The notes under the pieces were generated by a model. It ran no database searches, was not told where the DNA came from, and worked only from the letters and a program-made list of their open reading frames with translations. Positions 13,024-23,140 of a DNA stretch of 64,000 bases are shown here, piece by piece (the first letter of the stretch is position 1; every line of letters starts with the position of its first letter). A program made the translations under genes and the position numbers. The stretch lies in NCBI GenBank assembly GCA_965202585.1, contig OZ241831.1, positions 41,602,001-41,666,000 on the forward strand. Direction: 5' to 3'. The DNA comes from Thalia democratica (Eukaryota).

Positions 13024-13090
13024 CAGGGTTTCCAAAACTTTTTTTAAAAAACCCCTTTAAAGAAGTTAAAAAAGCTATGGCCTCATCCAA
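13024..13090 (+). mobile_element. hAT MITE left-end fragment
   Basis: Starts CAGGGTTTCCAAAACTTTTTT, the same TIR family as 29292. Confidence 0.6.
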
Positions 13091-13625
13091 TAAGATTTTT
13101 CGAAAAACTACCATTAAAAACAATTAATTTTTTTTTAGCTACTTAACATCAACTTTTTGACTAGTAGTTGTAACTTAGATAAAGTATTTATGTTACTGTT
13201 AAATATAAAAAGGTAAAAAAAAGCTTCACTAACAATTCAACAACGACTGAATGTTTCGGGGAGAACCTGTAGATTAAAAGCCACTCAAGGGTTTGATCTG
13301 GACAAAGAAATGAGGCAATTTTTTACGAATGTAAGGGGTTGCTGCTAAGTAGAGCGGTAGGTTGCATTTCGACTGAAACTATGCAATATAAGACGTAACA
13401 ATTGGATAAATAGCGAACTTCGACTGAAACGATGAAAAAGATGACGTAACAATTGGAAAACTTCGTAATTTTAAAATGACACAATACTGGCAACTTTGTT
13501 CCTTGCATTACGGGAAGCGCGCTGCATTAAGCAAAACTAAGCTTTTATGCCGAAATTATTCAAGAAAATTAGCTTTCCTTTTGGGGAAAATTTACTTTTG
13601 CGCTGAAACTTCATACACTTTAACT

Positions 13626-13750
13626 GGGTAAGCTGTCAAATTTGCACGAGCGTACAAAATTGCACGAGTGCACAAAATCGCTAAAATAAACTTTTGCACG
13701 AAGACACTATGCACGAGGGAATAAAATTGCACGACAATACATTTGCACGG
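13626..13750 (+). mobile_element. Solo left arm of the TGCACG-repeat transposon family (also 35681-35805, 58146-58270)
   Basis: GGGTAAGCTGTC...GAGCGTACAAAAT matches the 2407 terminus. Confidence 0.65.
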
Positions 13751-16222
13751 GTTATTTTTTTCTTATTTAATTTATTTTTTTTATTATCACTTTTTACCCT
13801 AACGCTTACCCTCGGTCGAAGAATCGAAACGTAGATGCCTAATAAAGTTTTTCATACTGTAATGAAATCAATATTTGATTTTATTATTTTAAATAAATGA
13901 GTAAATAAGGAGTTTTTTGTTTCGACGGCGTAAAACATTCATAATTCTTAGAAATGAGTTATTTTAAACCAAAAACAATAATAAGCTTTCTGAAAACAGT
14001 TTTCCAAGTTTTTAAAACATTATTGTTAATTCGAAGAAGTTAGTTTCTTTCCAGTGCGTGTATATCGGTGTTTGTGTTTCAAATACGCGTTAGTTAGTTA
14101 AGTTTTTGTGCGTTTCGTACGCCGTCTTAAGTCACGATGATGATCAACGCAACATCAAGTTAAGTTCAAGCTAATGAAGTAAAATCTACATCGAAAAAAG
14201 TATACGTTTTCTAGTGAAGAATAAGTTACACATTGTCAAGCAACCAGAACACCTAGTCGTGTCTAAGAACATCAATCTAAACGAGTTCCTTGATCGAACA
14301 ATTCATTTGTCAAGACCATAAGTATCTTTGCATACATTTTTTTAAAATAGACTATTTGTTTATTAACTAATACAGTTCTTTCTTGAGTTTTAAAATACTA
14401 CTTGACATTAATTCATAGAGTGTTTCAATCATGACTTAGTAACAAGTTACTTTAAGTTTTGTAACTTTAGTATTGTAAGGTACTCTTAAGTAAAGCAGTC
14501 AGTTTAGCTTAAGTACTTAGAAACCATGTTTAAGACGATAAACATAACCAGTTTTATAAATATTTCTCTGTGGTTATAATACTTTACTATGTTTTCAATA
14601 ATATTTAATTCAACCTAAAACGATGTAAAAAATATTTATCATTAAGAAGTACCAATAATTGGGTTATAACTTAGCAATATTAGTTAAAAATAAAAAATAA
14701 ATACTTGTTTTAAAAAATAATGAAAACTAACAATTATACTCCAACAGCAAAAAATAAATAAAAAAGGATCAAAAAATATATATGTTTGTTAAAGACAAAA
14801 TCTAGTAATAGACCTGTTTTCAAAGGCAAACTCTTATTGTTTTGTTTTGTCGAAACCATGTTACAGGCTTCATGCAAATTTTGTAATATTATCTTTAGCG
14901 GGCCGGATTTCGTATTAATTTTGAAAAACGTTAAGCTGGCCGGTCACTTTCACTCGCGGGCCGTACGTCACTCACAACAACGGTTTGTAGTTGTCAACCA
15001 CCAATATTTGTTGGAAGATCAAAGAAATCGGCCTGGTGACAGAATACGTTTGATCTTTTTTTGTTACCAAGATGAGCTGTATCTTTGAAACAACTAATAG
15101 CAAAAAAAGATCTACCTACAGAAATAGCTAACTATGTTTTTTAATATTTAAAATACTAATTTAAAGTAAAAATACATGTTGTAGAGTTTATTCAACTTCT
15201 AAATTGTGTTTTGATATTGTTAAGTCACCAATAAAAAACTAGAATTTCTATACTTAACAATTTAAAAGTTTATCGTATTTTAATCAAAAAATAATTCTTG
15301 AACATACTGTAAGTACAAACATGAATTTTCAACATAAACATCTAATTTTACAACATGTAAAACAGCTATAACTGTATATAAAAAACTTGTTTTATTCATT
15401 TCACATTTAACAATTTATATTCTTTTTATGCTTTTATTTTATATTGTAAAAACGTGTTACAAATTTATCTAATTTTCTTTCATAATAATTTTTTAAGACA
15501 TTGTGGTTATTTCAACAAGTTAATGATTTTATTTTGCTGAACTATGATTTTTTAATTCTACTTGAAAATTACTTCTATTATGTCACAAAATTAATTATAA
15601 AAGTTATTCCTAGTTGCTTATTTTACACAACTAACTGCACGAAAACTTTTCTCTATTGTTATTTTACTTAATAAGTAATATTATATATATTAAAACCTTA
15701 GAAATCAATCATTAAAAAAATAAGTAAAAGGACTTTTTAAATAATAACAAGTATTATGCAGAAATTTGAGGCATGATTGGTTTAATTTTTTTTTTTTAAA
15801 CAAAAAAGTTAAATCGATTTTAAATAACACTTATCAACTACTTGTTTTTATAATTGTTGTTTGTCACTTATTTTATATATTTATCGTATTTTGTGTTTTT
15901 ATTTTTATACGTTTGCTTATCTTAGTTAAATTACTAATCAATCTATCTAAAAACATGTAATTATAAACTGTTAATTGGTATTAATTGAACTTTTTCTCAT
16001 GAAACCTCCAACTGTTTATTTACTCAAAATTTATCTTCAAAATTAGTTGCTAACATTAGATATTGATAATTTTTAGCTGAAATCAATTTTACTTGTTTGT
16101 TTAAATAAAAATGTTTTTGAACAAATCATGTTTCAAACTTCTTTTTAGTATATGTATTACAAAAAAGTTATATAGTAGCAAGTATAAATAATTATTTTAT
16201 GTTTATTTTATAATTTGTACGC

Positions 16223-17178
16223 TTATTTTTTTTCGGTCTCTAGTGACGTATTTCTCGATAAGCAGTTTTTTGAATTACACTCACAATCAAAATCACGAAA
16301 ATACCCTTCTCCGTACCAAATGAAGAGTTGCTCACTAGCTCTGATAACTTTTTTGCTGATGATAAAGTTCCTAGGAATTCCATTTATCAGAGCGTACTCT
16401 GTCCTGCAGTTCAACTTTTCTTCGCAATCGTGGTTGATGTACCTGGTATGGTTGCCCATTGCGCCCGCGTCAATATCAAAATTCGTGCATGTGCTGAAAT
16501 AGTAGTTGGTAGCCCCTTTATTCTCACGCCACCTTTTAGTCTTTTCTTCTTTTGAAATAAGCTCGCCTGTATACTCTCCTATTATTGAGTCTGAAAATCA
16601 ACAAATAATAAGTTTAATATCCAAGCTAGTAGTTTAATTTAAGAATTATTTAGTCAAAATTTTCATTATAACAAAAAAAAGTTGTACATTGAAAAAAAAG
16701 TTAAACAATGAAACTAACTTGCTGGTATAGCATGCTTAGCGAACAGTCCACGGCCCATATCACCACTAAGATTGTCCACATAAAAATGTTTTTCAGGATC
16801 GTCGAGGCAGTCATGATTGAACTTTTTCAAACTATCCAGTTCAATAAAAGAAGCTACATGTTTCATCTCATCCAAATAAGTACCGCTTCCAATCACGAGG
16901 TGGTTCGTCCAAACATGATGCTTCTCTGTATTGAAATGATAGTAAGGATCAAAAACGTCGTCAGGCCCTTCCTTGAATGTCCTTTTAACTTCGAATTTTC
17001 CCTCCAAAGCAATTTTTTTCCACTTTTGCCTGCTTGACGATCGTATTTTAATGCTGAGTGGTGCATATTTTTTCAACGTATTCCTGATTGGAACACTTCT
17101 TATAACGGTCTTCCTTGCTGTCTGCTTTTTGTAGCTTTTTATTCTTGATTGCTTACTGGAACTTGTTTTTACTGGCAT
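16223..17178 (-). CDS. SET + post-SET gene B copy 1, 275 aa; exons 17178-16719 and 16590-16223
   Basis: Phase-1 intron 16718-16591 (GTTAGT...GATTTTCAG) at the same position as in gene A; 460+368 nt in frame. Motifs MGRGLF, IIGEYTGELI, IDAGAMGNHTRYINHDC, EQLFIWYG, CECNSKNC. Confidence 0.9.
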
Positions 17179-18869
17179 TTTATAGTTGAGAAATTTAGCA
17201 AATAAATGACTATAAATATGTTAGATAAGTAATTTAAGAAACTTATACTGTTGTAATATATTTTATATCCGAAGTATGGATCATAAGTTTATCTAAAGCT
17301 TGAAAATTTCGAATGATACTTCAACCTTTTTCATATAAACCAGGCAAAACAAATGAGTTATTAGATTAAAATCTAAAACATTATACATAAAGAGTAATAT
17401 AACAGATTTTATAAATAAAACAAGTTATTATTAAATTGAGTTTAAGAAAATTCTGAATTTTAAAATGTTATTATACCATACCTGATTCCCACATCAACAG
17501 TTTTTTTTTAAGTGTTAAATAAACAAATTAAAATAGCAACTATTATCAAATCCCTGTAAAAGATGATTAATAATTAATTAAGAAAATGAAGGTAGAGATG
17601 GATACCGAACTCAGATACAAAAACCAAGTCGTAAGAAATGCAAGAAATGATAATAAACTATCAAGCTAGGAAAAGAGAATTGTCAATTAGAATATAAAAT
17701 GCAATTGAAGCTGACAAAAAATGAATAAGTTAAAGCAGATAATGAAAAATAAACAGCAGGTGTAATCAGTGTTGAAAGAAAAAAGTATACTGTGAATCAT
17801 TGCTAGTGAAACTGCAAAGCATGAAAAAAATCTGTTATCTAATGTTAACAAAATTGAGAAGTTTCAAAGGAATTTCAATTTTGAAACTCAGGATGTATCA
17901 ATTGAAAGATAATGAGAAATCTAAAAATACCAACAAAGTATTACTAGAAAATAGTATTACTGTTCAACAAATTTATTTAATATTATTATTAATTTAATAA
18001 GGTGTTGGAAGGAACAAAAAAGAAAGTTAATAAAATAATAAACATTTATAAAATTAAATTTATTAAATATAACAACTTTAAACAAAATGACTGTTCACTT
18101 GACTTAATATTCATACACTCCCAAAAGATAAATCTAACAAAAAGTATAACTACATAACCTGAAACTTTATCTATACTAAGTTAACTTAACATTAACCTTA
18201 ACAACTGAAAACAACTATTTTTATGTTCGCATGCGTGTAATTGAACATTTGTGGTTTGTGGTGTGACCTCAAAACTCGAGACAACACTTTTGGGCATAGT
18301 ATTTTGAGAGAATTTAGGGTTTTATAACCCGCGGCGAGTTCAAAAGACTTTTTTGCTTAAATAATTTTCAAATGTTTAGGCTAACCCAGAACATCGAGAC
18401 CTTGTGATGAATTTCCCGTGTATATTTTTTTAGGTCTTGTTTTTCTAAAAGCGAAATGGTGCAATTCCGTGGATTTGAACTTACCAGGAACAAAAGAACT
18501 AGAAAAAACTTACCAGGAATAAAAGAAGGCAGGAATATAAATCTAAAAATAGTAAAGAAAACATTTAATGCTAAAGTTTAGTATAAATGAGTTTAAAATT
18601 AAACTATGTTTCTCAATAACAGAGTTTTTATTTGTTCTCTTTCTAACAATAAAATAAACAAAGAATACTTTTCAAGTGAGTCATATGATTTTTTAAATTG
18701 TTATTTTTGAGATACCTTTTAATTTTTGTTATGATCAATATAAAGCTTTTGATAGTAATAGTGGTATTCTAATTACAGAACTTAATTTTGATATTGAGAC
18801 TGGACAAACTTTTGTTAGTTCACAATACATAACTAGTAACGTTAATCCATTTTAGTTTATAGTTAATAA

Positions 18870-19130
18870 AACTGAAAAACTAAAAATATTACAGGATAAA
18901 ACAAATCTTCCTAAACAACAGTATTTAACAGTTACTTGCATATAAAAGATTTTTGAAAAGCTTAGCAGTAACATAATAGAATCGCTGGAAACAACTAGTG
19001 TTGATATTAAAGTAGCCTTCAGAACAGATTTAGTTGGAAACTATTTCTCATTGAAAGATCGAATGGATAAATTTTACAGGAGTTGCATCGTTTACAAGTT
19101 TCAATGTCCGGGTGAAATGAATACCCAATT
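18870..19130 (+). mobile_element. Penelope-like fragment (RT-endonuclease linker into GIY-YIG start); copies at about 40590-40862 and 63055-63327
   Basis: Translates to ..EKLSSNIIESLETTSVDIKVAFRTDLVGNYFSLKDRMDKFYRSCIVYKFQCPG, the YFSLKD...S..VYKF.C.G signature, truncated before YIG. Confidence 0.75.
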
Positions 19131-21400
19131 CAAGTATAACTCTATAATAAAAAAATTTAAAAAAAGAGTTAAAGGGAAAAAATGTACCAGATAAAATATT
19201 TCTAAAGTTTAACTTAAGGTAAGTTCTAAACCTAGGATATCTAAAGCCGTGTTTACATTTACAAAATAAGTAATAAGCTATTCAAAACTATTTGCAAAAA
19301 CAGTTTTAAAAGTCAAGTAAAGGTAAAAGATAATAAAAACTGAGAAATAAATTAAAAAATCAAAACTAGTCTAAAAAACATACTTTGAAACAAACATTCT
19401 AATTAACATAAATCAAAACACTCTTTAAGAAAAATTAAATGTATTTTTTTAAATTTAAAGAGTTATCAATGAAATATGCAAAAAACACAAAAAGAAAACT
19501 ACTTCCTACTTAAAATTTAAATAAATAAAGTTGTTTTCAAAGCTAATTGATATAGTTTATAAACATAACACAAGATTTGCTTATTAGTAAACAGACATGT
19601 CAGTAACATAAATCAATCAAAAATAATGCAGTAATATAAAATACAGCAGAAACAGTTTCATCTGGTATGATGCGATAAATGTTGAAGTATATAACGTTAC
19701 AAAAATTTAAACTCAAAGAAAGCCAGTAGTGAGGATTAGATATCAGTCAAATTCTTAAAAAAGGCAACATTGTATCTCTAGTAACTAAAAAAAACTAATT
19801 AGTCAGGTATCCTGTGAAAGTAAGTACCTAAATAGTTTAAAAGTAGCAAAAGTAATACAAATACTCCAGTCAGGCTCAAAAAAGATAACAGGAAAATATA
19901 GTATATAACAACTTCCATTTTATCTAATTTAAACAAATCTACAATAAAAACTTATACAATAGTTCCAAAACAGTTTGTAAATTTTTTTACTAAATACAAT
20001 GACCAATTTTTTTTTCAGATCAGGCTATTCTACCACCTTAGCTTTGAATGAATTAATTGAAGGAGTTCTATAACAATTTATTATAAGTAAAGCTTAATGA
20101 TCAGTTTTACTAGATGTAAGTAAACTCTTAAATCTTGATAGTGTTAGTAGAGAAGTTTTGTTTAAAACTTAGATTTCTATAGCAGTGGTCTTAAAGCTAA
20201 TCAAGTTTTGTGTACACTAACCTGAAAAAAATAATTGGTGTGTCCCAAGATATAATTTTTAAAAGCGCCGGTAGTGGTGGGTCTTCGTAAAACTTTTTAA
20301 TAACATGTTTCTCTCTAAAGCGATATCTCAAGTTATGTTGTGATACTATTATTTATGTTAATGAGATATGTTTTCATGGAACCCACTAGCAGCGCTAATA
20401 TATCATAATTAAGTTTATTTCTACATGCAAACCTTTAAATAACTCAAGCTGACTCTTGTTATTTGATCCAAATTTTGATGTGCTTTTCTATTTATTTTGC
20501 CTTTCTTTCACAATGAGATTTTAGTTATGTGGTTTTGTCTTACATAAATATCAGTTGAACACATCTTCGCAATCACTACAAATCCCCAGTAGAGTTCTTT
20601 TAAAATATTTTATTTAACATTAACTACATAATTAAACTAATTCTATGTCTTTAACTTTTTGTGTATTACCTACTTCAAAAAATGATATTCAAACAGAAAA
20701 ATAACACATGAAAAAGGAGTTAAAAACAGATAAATTCTAAATTATGTATATGTTGTTGCTCTCCGTACAGTTGCTGTAGACATTGTTTCTTTCATAGACT
20801 AAATTTTTGCACTTCAAGAAGTTCAGGGTTGTATATGATTGTCACTTCTTTCTGGTAAAAAAACTAAAACCTGAAAATTGAAAAATGTTTTGTTGTGAAG
20901 TTTATTACATATAACTAGTACATACTATACTATAAGTTTTAACTAGGCTTAGCATTTAATATAGAGTTTTTCACTCTTTCAAGTAAAAAAGCAATTCTGA
21001 TTGACCTACAACCAGTTTGTATTTCTTTAAGCTAGTTTAAAATAAGAAAATGTTTATCTATGTTGGCTAAAAACTCAATATCAAATTAAAAATCATATGT
21101 GAATAAAACAGTAATTAACTCAACAAATACTTAATTGAAAAAATAGTTTAACATTCAGAAAAATATCAAACTAGTCTAAATTTAAATTAGCTTTTACTAA
21201 ATGCTACAAACTGTTACTCTATATGCTACTTATGCAAACTTTGGATGGTATTAGTGAGGATATTTTATACTAATGAACAAATACACAACTTAACAATAGT
21301 ATAAAGGACATCATGTTTAAAAAATACTTTAAAGGGAGACAAATCCATAACAAAGATTTTAAATCTGAGATAATATATTTTAAGAAATGTAAGCCTAGAC

Positions 21401-21470
21401 CAGGGGTCGGCAGGCAGTTTGTGCTCGCAGGCCAAATTTCGAGTTTCAAAAATTTTAGTGGGCCGCAGTT
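21401..21470 (+). mobile_element. hAT MITE left-end fragment (copy at 43866-43935)
   Basis: CAGGGGTCGGCA...GCAGGCC...GTGGGCCGCA. Confidence 0.6.
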
Positions 21471-22836
21471 TTGGTTTTAGTGATATGCAAAAAATATTAT
21501 GGTTCTAGTTTTATTAACAATTTTAGGTTACTTTTATTCAGTTTGTTGTTTTAAAATGATTTTAGCTACACATAGAATACCTAAAAAACTTATAAACATT
21601 TATTGGAATCAAAATTTCATTGACTAATATAGTTTAGTCTTAATAAACCATGTAATATTTAAACAGTTAGTAGGTTTAATTTACTGTTTTGTAGATAATA
21701 AATTATAGTACTAAATAACTTTTAAACCTAGCTTACAATACCTACAAACAGAATTCAAAAAGAAGAGAGCGGTTTGTTAAAAAAATAAAATTAAGAAATT
21801 ATTTATATCTAAGTGTACTTCGACATAACTAGTTTTTTTTAAATTTTAGTTTAAATTAAGTAAATAATGAATTGCCACGGTTTGGATTTGCAGCGTTCTT
21901 TTGCCTTTTCATGCAAGCTGTCTGTTGAAAATGGTATCTGTTCTTGAGTCTTAGTACGTACTTTACGAGAGTGCGTACCTGCTCTATGTATGTAGTGTAG
22001 CTGGTAAACTTTATATACAATGAGCAAGATTAATACAAGGATAAATAAGTGCATGTGATGAAAAAAAGAATAGTTTGACTCTCTTGAGGTAGCCAAAATA
22101 CAATATTTTCAACAGCAACATTTGAGCATCATACGCGTATACATAGTGTTACACTATTAAGAGAGGCACTTGTAGTGTGTCAGAAAGCGAGCTGACGACC
22201 TAGTCAGCTTAGGGATTTTACAATGTAAAGCTACAACGAATAAATCCCTAGACGTCTAAGCGGGTAGACGTCGTGAAGGCGGGTTGTGTGTTAGTGTGTT
22301 TGCAGGCATACAGATTATAGCTTGAGTCGACTTGGCCGTCGACTCGAGCTAGAGTCGAAAGACCGCAGCTAGGCGATCAAAGGTCGTATAGCAGACCTCA
22401 TTGAATAAGCACGAAGGGAACGTAAAGCGAGAGCAAGGCACGTACCGTCCTAAGCAAGCCGTTAAGCATAAAAGCCGCACTCTCGCAAGGCAGTATATGA
22501 ACGAGCTCTGACATGATTCAGCCCAGTTGAAAGTACGTTTGAGTGCAAAGATGAATTGATTAAGGAATGCATTTCTAGAAGTGAAGCTTCGGACGGGCGA
22601 CTGAAGCAGAGTAGGCGAGGTACTAGAAAATGCGAAGGTGTAGCACTCAAAATGTAACATGTAAAAAAGCGGCATAATCTCATGGTCGCTTTCAAAGTCA
22701 GAGGTCAGTTGAAGCGAAATGTTTTGGAAGGGAAGCAGGAGCTTCGAGAAAACATTTGTAAAACAGCGGGAGGTCTGTTTTTTCGAAAAGTTGTTGAAAA
22801 TGAATTTTTGGGTTGTGAGAAGGGTGGAGAGAATAA

Positions 22837-22940
22837 AGAAAGAAAAGTTGGAAAAATTTTGAGCAAAAAAGCCGTCCGAATTCGCCCGCGGGCGAATTCG
22901 GACGGCTTTTTTGCTCAAAATTTTTCCAACTTTTCTTTCT
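22837..22940. repeat. 104-bp perfect spacerless palindrome (copy at 45302-45405)
   Basis: 52-bp arms centred at 22888/22889 in GAATTCGCCCG|CGGGCGAATTC. The ORF track shows SKKAVRIRPRANSDGFFAQNFSNFSF on both strands. Confidence 0.97.
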
Positions 22941-23140
22941 ATAATTTTTCAAAGGTGTTCGACAAAAGTCGAACGCCTTTTTTTTACCCAAAATTTTTTT
23001 TGGCTACCTCAAGAGAGTCAGAGTTTTTTGCCTAGTACTATATATTTTTCAAAGGTGTTCGACGAAAGTCGGATGCCTTTTTTTTACCCAAAAATTTTTT
23101 AGGCTGCCTCAAGAGAGTCAGAGTTTTTTCCCTAGTAATG
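22941..23140 (+). repeat. Two ~100-bp direct repeats, each with a 13-bp hairpin (copy at 45406-45605)
   Basis: TTTTTCAAAGGTGTTCGAC at 22945 and 23045; both units end ...CCTAGTA. Confidence 0.92.

Larger units (their letters stand above)
22076..23140. other. Unclassified composite structured element (stem-loop core, palindrome, tandem hairpin repeats)
   Basis: GC/CpG-richer island with more than 10 stems, bounded by a 23-bp inverted repeat (22076-22098 vs 22998-23020). Confidence 0.7.

Noticed and set aside
13810-13935. CGAAACGT and GTTTCGAC motifs reminiscent of Penelope hammerhead remnants
   Set aside because: No CTGANGA core on either strand; too degenerate to call.
9072-17037. Alternative-frame and antisense ORFs overlapping the SET exons (e.g. 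9072-9263, 9158-9523, 9433-9756, 9983-10255, 16215-16502, 16708-17037)
   Set aside because: They are shadows of the real SET frames and repeats with no motif support.
22192-22250. CTGACGA hammerhead-like core
   Set aside because: The downstream stem is followed by GATT rather than GAAA, I found no stem I/III partner, and the motif is sequestered in a 7-bp hairpin. CTGAAGCAG at 22601 also fails the consensus.
22354-22470. Short resemblance to 5.8S/LSU rRNA (GTCGAAAGACCGCAGCTAG, GTACCGT, TTAAGCATA)
   Set aside because: The matches are short, gapped and out of order relative to LSU, and the universal GAGGGAAAG continuation is absent.
22879-22898. GAATTCGCCC-GC-GGGCGAATTC resembles the TOPO/TA vector cloning site GAATTCGCCCTT/AAGGGCGAATTC
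   Set aside because: The centre lacks TT/AA, the flanks are not vector polylinker, and the symmetry extends to 52 bp per arm into AT-rich non-vector sequence.
22951-22986. Hairpin plus T-run resembling a bacterial intrinsic terminator
   Set aside because: The context is eukaryotic with no prokaryotic operon; it is reported as a repeat hairpin instead.
21851-23102. ORFs 21851-22096, 22349-22918, 22462-22695, 22682-23035, 22698-22991 and 22911-23102
   Set aside because: Several rely on non-ATG starts, they overlap on both strands through the palindrome and GC-richer DNA, and none has a recognisable domain. The hydrophobic stretch in 21851-22096 is not enough evidence.
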